The position numbers and the translations under genes were made by a program. This document shows, piece by piece, positions 34,001-46,517 of a stretch of DNA of 64,000 nucleotides; within the stretch, counting starts at the first letter, position 1; each line of letters starts with the position of its first letter. The notes under the pieces are model-generated. The model did no database searches and was not told the DNA's origin. It saw nothing but the letters and a program-made list of their open reading frames with translations. The DNA comes from Patellaria atrata CBS 101060. Lineage: Eukaryota. The stretch covers positions 248,099 through 312,098 of the forward strand of contig MU006108.1 of the NCBI GenBank assembly GCA_010093705.1, given 5' to 3'.

Positions 34001-34880
34001 ATGATCGCTCCACCACCGATGAGAGCAGCATCAGCCCCTCAAAACCCTCAACAGCAAAGTGCATTTGGTCCTCCTCCTTTGCAACCACAACTAACTGGAT
34101 TTCAACCACCTCGTATGCAGACTCAAATTTCTCCTCCGGGTCAAAGCTTGCAGGATCAGTTGAATCAACAACAATTGCAGCAACAGCAGCAAGCGTTTCT
34201 GCAGCAACAACAACAGTTACGAGCCCAACAAACTGGATTTGGGATCCAAGCGCCTAATTTCAATCAATTTCCTAACGGGATTATGACTCAACCGACGGGG
34301 TTCAACCAATTTAACCCATCACTACAGTCCCAACCAACGGGTTTTCCACAGTTTCAGGTTTCACAGTCTACGGGATTTCAACCTAACATGCAACGAGGCT
34401 TCCTTAATGGAAACGTAAGTGATTCTCCCTTTGCTGATTCGAATCGCATGAATATCCAACCAATGATGAACCAGCAGACTGAATTTCCGCAGCAGTTCTC
34501 TCCAGGTCCACTGCAACCACAAGCTACGGGAATCAATGCAATGCTTCCGCCAGCTCTACAACCTCAAGCAACTGGTATTGCTGCTAATCGTTTTGGAAGC
34601 ACCAACGCCATTGGTGGATTTGGACAACCTCCTCCTCCAGTCCCTCCTATGCCTCCTATTCCACAGCAGCAAAGTAGTCTACAGCCTCTTGTACCGCAGA
34701 AAACCGGCCCTGCTCCGCCGGTTAGATTTGGTGTACAAAATTCGGCAAAGAAACTGACGCCGCAACCGACGGGGCGGAGGGCCAATTTATCTCAAGCTAG
34801 TAAGCTATTGATGCAAGCGTGTGTTTTGATACCATTCGTACTGACTATTTCTAGCTCCTGACAATCCCTTCGGTTTTTGA
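31033..34880 (+). CDS. SLA1: Actin cytoskeleton/endocytic adaptor Sla1; exons 31033-31233, 31379-32768, 32820-34799, 34855-34880
   Basis: Three SH3 domains (ALYDY twice, ILYDF), SHD1 (RTWTDRSGSFRVEAEFLG), SAM-like SHD2 (YDWFDFFLQCGV), C-terminal QxTG repeats, and a spliced end RRANLSQAT|PDNPFGF*. Confidence 0.96.
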
Positions 34881-35746
34881 TTTACCAGCTTCAACTGTCG
34901 AGGTTTTTGCAACGAGCATGCTTCGGACGCCAATATTTTTGAATTGATTTTGAATTTCAGAAGCATAGCGTCTATACCTTGTTGGCTTCGATGCATGAAT
35001 TATTTTCTTTCACATCATAGTCGTAGTTACCAGGGCGATGATAACCCCGTCTGTTTTCTATCTTGGTCTCTAGTTTCTAGTCGAATTTACGTTTTTAATC
35101 TATCAGCCATGCTTACCTTTGCAAGCTTAAGGCTTTACTTGTCAATTTCTGTAAAATAGTTCATCCCTTGAATGCAGTAAATAACGTCTTTAACGGGTAT
35201 CTCCATACCAATTAGAGCATTAGGTTTATTTACCCCACGTTCCATCATCTTACTAAGGTGGGGTCAACTAATCGTTTACAAGCACGCCCTGAGTCAACAG
35301 CTCGTATCTTCACATCTGGGTAATAAGTTAAATAAATAAGCTGCAACGGGCCTACCTTAATGTTTAAAATTATCCCTAAAGGGCAAGATCTTTGATAGCG
35401 TTGACTATAGTAAGGTAGGGTTACACTACGCTATGTTATACGTGGGTCAGAAAACACACCCAAATTGAGTATAGCTGATTTGTGGTTGTCAACCTGTTAG
35501 GCTACTATCAAGACAATAAAGCTTCCTCTTCCACAAATTGACATGGTGTCCTATTATTTCCACTATTCGAAATATATCTCTCGTAAGTTTCCTCTCATAT
35601 CTAAACAAAACTACCCTCACCTTTCTATAGCCCTTGTTAAGAGTTTTCCAAGACTGAAGCCCCTCCATCATTGGACCTCAAGAGCTCCATATCAGTATCA
35701 GAAGTCTAAAACTCGACTAAACTATACTCCTCAATACGTTCGAACA

Positions 35747-37041
35747 ATGGCTACTAACGGATCTTCGAATAATGGCCCACCTTCCCCGCCCGTCGTAGAC
35801 AAAGAGGATGTGGAAAAGAAGGCGAACACCCTCACACCGGCCGGCACGAAGACCAATAATTGGAGTAAACCGGGCCCTGCGGCATTTGATTTTAGATGTA
35901 TGTGATATCCCGCTATCGAGAGTTCATGACTGCCTCCACCTCTTCAGTACCTCTTTTTTTTCCTTCCCCACTAACCGATTTCTTCTTTTAACATACGTAT
36001 GGAAGCACGACTTATTTACCACCAGCCGACGTCGTAACCACCCCAACCCCCTCCATGCTCTCCGCAATAGCATCCACAACCCTCCTCGACGATGTCTTCG
36101 CCGAAGACCCCACGACCACCGCGCTCGAAACCCGCATTGCGACCCTAACTGGCCACCCCGCCGCCCTCCTTGTCCTCTCCGGCACAATGGGCAACCAAGT
36201 CGCGCTGCGCACGCACCTGCTCGCCCCGCCCCACGCCGTCCTCTGCGACCACAGATCCCACATCGTCAAGCACGAAGCCGGCGGGCCCGCCAGCCTATCC
36301 GGCGCTTTCGTCGAGGCCGTGAGACCGCGCAATCGGCATCATCTCACGCTCGAGGATGTGAGGAAATATGCGGTGCTGGATGAAGATGTGCATAGTTGTC
36401 CCACGCGCGTCATCAGTCTCGAAAACACGCTCAACGGCACCGTAATCCCGCTGTCCGAGTGTCGGCGCATTGCGCACTGGGCCGGGGAAAAAGGGATCCG
36501 GATGCATCTCGATGGCGCGAGACTGTGGGAAGCTGTTGCGTCGGGCGCGGGGGAGTTGGAGGAGTTTTGTAAGTGCTTCGATAGCGTGAGTTTGTGCTTT
36601 AGCAAGGGCCTTGGGGCGCCGATTGGGAGTGTGGTCGTCGGAGACGAGGCGTTTATCAGGCGTGCGCGGTGGGTGAGGAAGATGCTGGGGGGTGGGATGA
36701 GGCAGGCTGGTGTCGTTGCCGCGGCGGCGAGGGTGGGGGTTGAAGAAACGTTTCTTGGGGGCAGGTTGAGGGAGTCGCATGAGAGTGCCAGGAGGGTGGC
36801 GGGGATGTGGCAGGGGTTGGGGGGACGGTTGAGGTATCCGGTTGAGACGAATATGGTGTGGTTGGATCTGGAGGGGGTGGGGGTAAAGGAGGAGGAGTTT
36901 ATGAGACTGGCGGGGGAGAGGGGCGTGAGGGTTTTGGGGGGACGGTTGGTAGTGCATTATCAGATTTCTGATGCGGCTATTGAGAGGTTGGGCGGGGTGA
37001 TGGAGATGGTTTTGAAGGGGAATGGGGGAGGGAGAGGTTGA
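35747..37041 (+). CDS. GLY1: Low-specificity L-threonine aldolase (PLP); exons 35747-35897, 36026-37041; alternative in-frame upstream ATG at 35543
   Basis: AFDFRS|DVVTTPT across the intron, SGTMGNQ, LENTLNG, HLDGARLW, PLP lysine in SLCFSKGLGAPIGS, and RKMLGGGMRQ. Confidence 0.95.
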
Positions 37042-37574
37042 ACCTGAGAGGATGAAGAGGGGTTTGGTGTGAATGTAAGATGCTGATGCTGTTTTCGAAA
37101 CCCGGACCGAGAGTTTGGTTTACTTATGTTTAGGACGGCTTCATACTGCATGAGCAGGGATGAGATGGTAATCAAATCTACCTCCGGAGCTCCAATCACC
37201 TGTTGCGCCGCTCTTCTAAATTACTGACTCTCAATCTCGTATACTCCGTACATATAGAGGGCAGATAAAGCAACGTCGATATTGAGCTATTTTCTCCAGA
37301 GCAAGGCAGACTCCGTCCTTATCCACCTATATTCCAACATATTCGGTCCTCAAAGCCCAGTTAACGTACAGGAAGTGTCATCGCAACATGGTGAAGATAT
37401 CCCCTTGATATAACAACCCAAGACAAACTCAAGGCTCGACCTTCATTTCTAAATTCGTACCCTACCCCGCCCGAGCCCAATATTGACAAAGATAAGCCAC
37501 ACAAATCCGACCAGACAATATCTCGACCTCCATTCCACCCAACGAGATCGACAAAATGCTCCACGACCGCCATC

Positions 37575-39895
37575 CTACCCCCCCTCCATCCCCCCAATAT
37601 CATACCAAAACTCCCCATCCACCCCTTCTCTCCCGGGAAGCACCGGTTCCTCCCCCACCCCATCCTCAAACCTGACATTCAGTAGTCGAATCTTAATCCC
37701 ATACCCCCCAATCAGTCCGACAAGCTTATTCGTATCCGCCGTGATGGGCTGCTGATTCAGGAGCATCAAGAGTCCGTCCAACCACTCGGCGGCGAGGGTG
37801 TGGGATTGCGGGTGCAGGGTCAGGAGGACGGATTCCTTGGGTCCGTGCGAGGAGGTGGATTTGGTACGGTGGTGGGGGGACGTGTGGGAGGGGGTTTTGG
37901 AAGAGGGGGGATGGGGCAGGTAGCCGTGGATAGTGATTTTGGTGGTGCTGGAGGCGGGGAGGGATTTCAGGGTCGAGGAGGAGGAGGTTGTGGTGGGCGT
38001 TGTGGCTGAGACGTTTGAGACGACGGAGGAGACGATGGATAAATCGACTTTGTTCGGCGGGGAATATTGTTAGTGATGTCTTTTTGCGTAGGGTGATGAT
38101 GTAGGAAAAGGGGTTGAGAGTTAGGGCACATACTCTTTTCACGTAGACTGTCCAGGCCGGGATCTTGTGGGGTTTTGGACTCGAAGTCCGAGTAGTGGAG
38201 ATAGCGTCTGTTGTGCGACAGTCGGACGTAACGCCACGAGGACGTAATCGCGCGGCTGAGGCTTTGCTTCGTGACGGGGCCTGAATCCGTGCCGTAGTTG
38301 AGTGTGTGGGGGAACCATGCGCCGGATAGGAGACAGCGTATGCGTTGTTCCTTGACAAACTGGAGAGCTTCGTGGTTGAGTTCATCGCGTACTTGGCTGG
38401 GTATGGTAATTAGCATTTGTAGCGTTGGTAGGTGTTATCGGGTATTTACCGTAAATGGTGTCCCCATGCATCTTCATAGGTAAGTTCTAACAGTTCCATT
38501 TGTAGCTCACGCAATCTTTGATAGCCGAATTCTGCAAGCTCTTCTTCCACCTCTGCGATATCTTTAATTCGGGGCGCATTACCGACTACTTGTTCGATCA
38601 ATATCCTAACCAGTTCTTCCACTTTATGGAAGTCCTCTACTTCTGCCCCTGTCGCTTTCCATAGTCGCAGTAAGGCGTTCAATCCTGCAGTGTGAAGTCT
38701 CGCCCATTGTAATAATAAAGGTCGGAACAGTTTGTCGAAATTGGACCTGGATTCTGTTGATATGTATCTGTGTCCATCGTCTAAGTCCGATTTATCAACT
38801 TCGAAATGTTCGAATAGTATTGAAGTAACAGCTAAGCTCGCTCTCGCGATAGGACATCTCCTCTCAGAGGGTTGGTTGGATTGTTCCAAAAGGAGTTTTT
38901 GGAAACCATCCTCATTCTTTCGCACGTAATCGGTAACGTCCATCATCCCTAGAAAACCGGTACGATCAAACTCCCAAGCGGGGGATTCCGTCTCAAACCC
39001 AATTCGCCGCCATTTTTCAGGATGAGATCTTTTGCTACCTTTCACGGCATCTTTCTCCTCCGAGTATCTGTCTGGATTACCAACAGAGCCGAGTGACCGT
39101 AGTGCTCTTCTATGATCCGATTTCTCTAAGTCAACTTTCACCTCCTGCCATCTACGTAGCAATACCTTACTCAAAGACTGAAACTCTAGAATGGGATGTG
39201 CAAGATCTTGTAACGCAGTGCTTTGCATGAGGACATATACCGCCTTAATGACCCCTAGATTTTGAAGCTTTGCTATGAACTTGGGCCATTCCGAGTCGGA
39301 ATCGTTTGTGATTGCATCCCGCATCAATGAATTGATCAATTGAAGTGAATTGGCGCATAGTGCGTGATCTGCCGAGGAGAGTCTGCTAACGAGCATTTCG
39401 AGAAATTGGGGATATACGGCGACAGCAGGTTTAAGCGCACGGAATCCAAATTGTCCTGGGACCGAGCTGCGATTTTGAGGGTGGGATACGATTGCTACGA
39501 GTATGGACATTGCGCCACGGAGGATATTTACAAGGGGGTGAGTAACTACAAGTTCGACGACCTATACAAATAAGATAGTTAGAAGCCTGCTTGCACTGAA
39601 GCCATAAAGATGTCTGAACTATGCTTACGCGCTCTATGAGTTCCTGAGAAACCTGGTCCCATCCTTTATCTAGCTCTAGCAGTCTCGAAAATGCCGTCAA
39701 GCTATAAGCCAAAGTATTTCCTGTCGCATGCAGTGCCAGGAACCTTAACCTAGGAAGTCCACCCTCATATATGAAAACGTCGGCGAAAGAAGGATCCCCA
39801 ATAACAGATTGTAGCTTAAACACGGCCATCTTGCGAACTGAGTCCTCTTCTGCTCCAAGCCTACCAACGAGCTCTGGAATGTTGATGTTGTCCAT
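37575..39895 (-). CDS. ELMO: ELMO/CED-12 family protein (ARM repeats, ELMO domain, PH domain); exons 39895-39629, 39561-38450, 38396-38134, 38047-37575
   Basis: GNTLAYSL, KWRRIGFETESPAWEF...GFLGMMD, FVKEQRIRCLLSGAWF, WRYVRLSHNRRYLHY and EWLDGLLMLL. Three canonical introns restore the frame. Confidence 0.93.
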
Positions 39896-40681
39896 TGTGA
39901 AAAGAGGCGCATATACGTTTTTTCCCGTCAGGTATTAGAACGACCGAAAGGGTCGTTATCTCATTTACCCAGTAATTCGTATCTAGGTCGTATGTAGAGG
40001 TGTGAATCGCAAGAGCTTTCTATTCAATTTACAGTCTACATATCATAATGGAAGGTAAAGTTAGATCGACGCGTTCGCGAAGGGCTCCACCGACCGGGAT
40101 CTATGACTCGCGTCCGAGCTCTCCTCTAATTCACCTTTTAGTGCTTTGGACGACGACGTACCTTACTCCAAACAAGGTTTAGATTTTTATAAGACTGAAT
40201 TAATACTATACAACACTATGTATAGAGAGCTATTAACACCCCCTCATTACTACATTTTAATAGTCCCCTATGGATACAGAGCTGTGAGCGGGTCTTATCG
40301 TAAAATGTTAGGTGTTCAAAGCATACAGTACAATACAAATAAACTTTGATAACTTCCATGAGCAGCAGAGGAGACTTCAACATTTCAATATGGTTCCATT
40401 ATTATATGCTGTCTCGTACGCAGCCTTGTGCGTTGTATAAACACCTCAGCTGTAGTGAAACCGCTCCTTGCGGCTAGAGACCGAATGCCCAACTGTGGAC
40501 CCATAATATCATGCAGGATGACGCCGAAACCTATGCAGAACGCTCCGCAGATGACTTACACCACCGCCGCTAATATCACAACCTCTACCTTCAAATATGA
40601 CAGATCCTGCCCCAAATCCAAATCTTGATGACCTGATAACTGTAGTTAAATGATCAAGGAAACGGAATGAACTGCGATATA

Positions 40682-42472
40682 TCAGTGTCGCCAACCCACG
40701 TTCCAGATTACGTGTGCAATATCTCTTGCCGTGTTTACGGTATCAACAACTTTGCCGAGCAGACCACTAGAGACAGCTTCGTCTTCGTCTTCCTCATATG
40801 GCATGAACATTCCGGACGCCGTTCTACGAAGAGCACCAGATCCTTCGTGACTCTTTGAATCAAGCGAGCCATCTAGTTGCCCGTCAAGACCAACCGCTGC
40901 GCTATCTTTCCTCCCAACAAAGGCGCCAGACGGTTCCCAACCCATCTCAGCGTCATCATCTTCCTCTCCGAGAAGAAAGTTCGAAGATGGGTGAGACGGT
41001 CTTAAGGTCTCTTGAGATGGTGATGGTGACAACCTACTAGACCTCCAAAATCCGGTGGAATGACTTTGAGCATGATCTGGAATATCCGGAGAATCAGTTC
41101 GATATTTCAAAGTCGTATCTGGCAGTTTTGCAATTGTTTTACTCTCTGAATTGAAACTGCTACGAGAGATGTTTCGTTTTAGAGGTGTCTTCTTTTTCTT
41201 AGACCGTTTCATCATAACGACTCCATCATCCGATGAGTCATCATCATCGTTATTGTGCATACCCCAACCATTTTCGAGCTCGTCATCATCGTCACCTTTG
41301 ACATCCACAGCTATGCACTGTTCCACTTTATTGTCAAATCGTATGTGCTTCCGTTCGCCTTGATCATTAGGAGTCTGGATTCCCGAGGTTGTTCGAGAAG
41401 AAAATGTCTCGGTAGGGTCTCGACTTATTGTTCGGGAAGGCATTGCCGAGGAGCCAAAATCTGACTGGGCTCGTGCAAAGCCTGGTCGATTAGGGGGACG
41501 ATCGGGGTTTCTATATTGCTGAGCTTGTACTGATGCAGCCGCCTGTTTGACCAGAGATGAAGTTGATATTGAACGTTGAAGCATAAGTTCAGACATGCTC
41601 CTCTTCTTGAGAATCGGTTTCTTGTTCAGGAAAGAGTTGCTCTTGGAAATATTACTCGCCGGTTCAGATGCTTGTTGCGAAAAGGAACTGGTATTAGCAG
41701 TCTGAAGTGGTCCGTATAACCACGTCAAGTCATAATCTTTCAACCTAAACTTAGTTAACCTCAGGAATAGATTCAGAAGAATGGGATAGATCTACCAATT
41801 CAAGGTTTCAGGAGATACGGTTTTCAGCTGATATTTCGATTTAGCCCAGGATCTCCAAGATGCATTTTCGAGTCTTGATCGTTCTCCATATATCTTTCGC
41901 TTCGACACAATATGTTTCCAGGAGGACCATAGATCTTCTTCCCTCCAATTGTGAGAAAGATAGTCTACATGTCTCGAAGGCTCTCGCTTGATTGCCGTGT
42001 CATCTTCAGCTGTAGGATGTAAGTCAGGTGTAGAGGTAGCTGTTGTAGTTGTATTCTCGTCGCTCGATGATGGTAAAGTGGAAGAGTTGTCGGTTTTGGG
42101 ACTCGGAGGTGGATCATCAGGCATTTCATGGTGGGTATTGAATTCGTCGTCTTCGTAAGTGGGGAAATTGATCTCGTCTTCATCGCTGCTCGCTGAAAAG
42201 CAAACTTCAGTTGAAGATGCGGATCGGAAAGAATCGGGTGGACCTAGGTCGAAAAATGGTTGTCGAGGAGAAGAAGGCGCTGAGGAAGATTGGGGTAAGG
42301 TTATTCGATCCGTATACTCTTGTTCCAGGTATATTGATTTTGTCTTTGATTTGAATGATGAATTAGGTGAACCGATGAGGAATGATGAAGTCGAAGGGGA
42401 CTTTCGTCGTAGTCCTCCCGAATTGTAAAAAGACTGATTCTCTCGTATCCGTACTGGTAGAACATCCGCCAT
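40682..42472 (-). CDS. REG1: Protein phosphatase 1 regulatory subunit Reg1/Hex2-like (DUF1752); exons 42472-41796, 41744-40682
   Basis: PSRHVDYLSHNWREEDLWSSW...RLENASWRSW...VSPETLNW|LKDYDLTWLYGPL, KPILKKRSMSE, PP1-docking motif KHIRF, and C-terminal VNTARDIAHVIWNVGWR. Confidence 0.92.
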
Positions 42473-43288
42473 GGTCGTAATTGGGGAGAGATGACGATTT
42501 CAATAGAGGCCCACTGTCCGATATAATTGAGAAGTACCTTGCCAGCCAGGCAATTTCCTCCCTTCTCCCTCACACCTCCTCTTGAATTGACCTCATATAC
42601 CGCAAAGCAATAAGAGGCAACAATGCTCTATGTAAAGGAATTCGATAGAATTGGAGCAAGCTGCAGAGTTTGGGTCATCAATGATGTCGTTCCTATGCAG
42701 GATTGCAATATCAAAGCCACAATTGCTTTAGGTCAAAAATTGTCGCAAGCAGACAGCGGGGTAGCTAAAAGAAGGGTTCCCTTTAGTAGACAAGCGAAGG
42801 ACGGATAAGCCAGTTTGATTTCCACGGTAGAGTTGAAATGGTTTTGAGTTGACAGTTTTGAGAGTCGAAGTGTGGTTCCTGTTGTGGAGAGGCGAAGGCC
42901 CAAGATGCAGCGATTGGCGATTGAGGAAATATGTGGACACGAATGGCAGTCGAGGTGGGCGTGAGTACCTTAAGTTCTAGCCCCAGTGCCGTGACGTGCG
43001 GAGGCGAGTGAGAACCTGAAAAAAAAAGGTGGGATGCGGTCAATCAAAGGCTCAATTGACCAACAACAAAGGCTCTTTTACTTTGCTGTTCGCACTTCGA
43101 TGCAGAGGGAATGAGGTGTTTTCTTGTCAACAGTATCTATTTGACAGAGTGAACAGAGAAAAGAGCATTGGTTCTAAAGGTTAGCAGGGCGATGGGGGGT
43201 TGCTGGTTGTTCTGGTGGATCTGCTAAAGTAAAACTAGGTATCCATGAAGTTCCCTTACCCTTGGATCTTTCAACTTGAAGCGAAAAA

Positions 43289-43348
43289 CCAGTAGTACTC
43301 CAGTAGTACTCCAGTAGTATCTGACTATCTGACTATCTGACTATCTGA
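43289..43348. repeat. abutting short tandem repeats (CCAGTAGTACT)x~3 and (TATCTGAC)x~4
   Basis: Directly visible about 0.8 kb upstream of the REG1-like ATG. Confidence 0.9.
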
Positions 43349-46300
43349 ATACTTGGAAGTTGGAAACTACTATAAAACTACCTGAAGGGCCTCGATTTTC
43401 CAATTCTCTAGGGCGCCATCATCTCAGATCACGAACAAGCCCTCATGTGGCCTTTTAAGCCGCCAAGTTCTTGCTCGTGACCTTCCTCCAAATGATGCTC
43501 AGCCGGAATACGTAGGAATACTTTTCTTAGGAATACAGTGTATCCGAGAAATACAATTAATCAGGAGTACTCTCGTGACCTTTTCACTGCATTTACAATC
43601 TGCCGAAGCTTTAACCTTCTCATCGTCTTAATAATAATCGCTTTAGGTTGAGTTGAATGGTGAATGAAGCGGGTTCGCAGAGTAAAGCTCTAGAATTTCC
43701 ATTAGGTATCAGTTATCTACGATAATAATTATCCGTTATGCGCAACCTAATCAAAGATCTGGATCGAACCAGCAAGAGATTCAAGGGGCACGATTGGATT
43801 ACTGGCTGAATTCTTCTTCCTGTTGGATCGGAAGCATTCCCACGTTCCCAATAGTCTTTATGTACCTTGACGGTATCACGGTAAACGTCCTCCATCCACA
43901 TCACCTCTATTAGCAGCAGATATCAAGTCGATGGGTGGACGATAAGGCTCGCAATGCCCATGTCCTGCACGCTGCAGTAGTCGAAAGCGCTCGGCATGAC
44001 GAACCGTGCTAATCCAAGTAATTTCACTTACCATGGTCTTCATCACCTGCTTCCATGCCGGTATACCGTTTGTCCTTTGTCCTTGGTTCGGAAAGAAGCC
44101 CTATATCGTCCTCCCCCGTCCTTGAGATCAAAAAACATCGAGAAATAATAAACTTTTGCTGAGGGAAAACCTCTCAAACTGGAATGTCACCATCTTAACA
44201 CCACGCAGCTAGAACTACTACAGTAGCTTTCCTGTCTTATGGGATTTTTTCCGTGGCCCACCTTCCTCGATCCCGCAACCGCGTATTTCTCCAATCCCCA
44301 CTCTATCACGACCCACACTGCGCTTTTAGAATTTTCTCTAACGGTGGAGATTTTGTGGGTAGGATTGCTATTCTTGAAATGTCGATGCAGATCATCGTTC
44401 GCCCCATAGTCGCACCAACGTCCAAAGAAACGCTACCGTTATACATCCTGCGTCCCGAAAATCATAACCAACGGTTCAACACCGATTGTCGAGCTGGCTT
44501 TACGACGGAAATAGTGGCTTCGACCTCAAGGGTCCCCTTCACATCCCACATCGGAGGGGATTGATGTATATCAATCCCTTCAATGCATGAAAGCGATAAG
44601 GCATGTTTGGTTTGTCACTTTGACGACTCATTATTATTTGCTCTCTAACGGAGAAGTCTCCTGTGGGGACATTTATCCCCATCGACCATCACAGTGCTGT
44701 AACTACCTTAAGGAACTTGAACCATTCATCGCTTTCAGGCTCTAAAAGCTAGATAAAAGCCCCTAGCGGCTCGCAGCCTCATTACATTATCGAAAGAATG
44801 TGTGTCGCGGTTATAGTCTCTCATTCGACGGAGATCACCATGTAGATGATGCCGTAAGTGCTTGCATATTGCAAAGTTATTTTTACAAAAAATCTACTCG
44901 GCTGTCAGTCACATCCATCTACCCTCGGACCACGGCTAGTCTACGGGATGAATTGAAAGGCGATTTCTTGGAAGCATAGAATTAGACATCCATCCCGATG
45001 AGACCTCACATTGTAAGACGGTTACTAACGGCAACTATCAACCTTGTAGTATAGAACACTGTTCGTGTAGGGGAGTTATCCAATTGAGCTAGGAGAGGTA
45101 TACAGAGGAATCTCGTTAGAAGAAACCTAATGATACAAGCTGGAGTGAGAAGATAGCCCCGCCCGCCAAACGAACTTCCCCCCACCACCTCATTCACTTC
45201 AACTGTAAGCCACTCGAAAACTAGCAGTGGCTGCTTACCTGGTCCTTACTCTCTTATGGCCAATATTCAGTTGTGAAAGAGAGAGAAAGACAACGCAAAT
45301 TCAAATGATAGGTTAAAAATCCCGCGACACCAGCCACAGGGAACGGCAGAAGATGAGATATTGCTCAGAAACATCTACCATCCTGTAGGAAGTTCCATCA
45401 GGACTTCCAAGTATCTGTTTACCTAGGATCCTTTTCAAGATGTTTTATGTCATTTGAGGATGTTGGTATTGCAGTTCTACTGTACGGCGTACGACTGCAA
45501 TCACACCATAGATGGCTTACCGAAGGCGAGAACCAAGGGAACATCTCAACAAACCTCTACAGTTACCATAGCATTGTCCGGAAACGGCCGCTTGGGAGTG
45601 AACTATCCGAATTTGGTAATCGGACTGAAAATGTTAGCATAGAGTAGTAACCGCTGTCAAAATACGGATCCATCGACCCTCTCAACATTAAATAGACGAA
45701 CATTTTAGACAGGGAAGCTTACCTTAGGGAATAACTTTAGGTACTAGATAGAGTTTTCGGCCCTTGTGAGCTGCATATAAGTAGCCGAAAGTCCACTTTT
45801 TTTTTCTCCTTCAACCATTGTCAACGCTCATCGCTCTCTTTCAGTACTCACATGAAAGTCACTCGACATCTATCTAGCTACCATAGGTGATGTGCAGTAC
45901 GGGGATTGTCTATTTGTCTAGCAGCTTGATTGAAGCTTTTAGCTACTCCCTTTCCGTACTTCCGTTGCATCTGAAGAGGATCCACTCTTTGCCACGCGTT
46001 TGTATCATCATCGGCATCCTTTTAAATCCATATTCGATGAGCCGTTTCTTTCCTTGACATGCCCAGGTATTCGCTGATACTCAATCCGACATTTCCTTTC
46101 ATGGCGGTTATGTGCCTGATTACAGCTGAATAACCTCAAAGTAAAAGCTCAGATCCCACTTTTAGTCTCCAATTCAACTTTTCTATATGCAAAACAGATC
46201 CCCTCGATGTCAAGATCGATATGTACCAGCTTGTCTCCATAATTCGTAGTCTTTAGTCTCTTCAAAGGACGCGTATATCACTGATTCCGGCGCTGCACCC

Positions 46301-46417
46301 ACCTGTCTAAATGGATTTACGTATTCCCCTGTGGGTCATTCTGGCAATGGTGCATCTCAGCCCCGTATTCATCAAACACAACGGGAGTCTCCCCCCATCC
46401 CCTCCAACCTCCCTTTT

Positions 46418-46517
46418 NNNNNNNNNNNNNNNNNNNNNNNNNNNNNNNNNNNNNNNNNNNNNNNNNNNNNNNNNNNNNNNNNNNNNNNNNNNNNNNNNNN
46501 NNNNNNNNNNNNNNNNN
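46418..46517. other. assembly gap (100 N) flanked by T runs
   Basis: Run of N. Confidence 1.

Noticed and set aside
46378..46390. 13-nt match ACAACGGGAGTCT to the LTR start at 63951
   Set aside because: Matches this short are expected by chance in 64 kb, and the flanks do not align.
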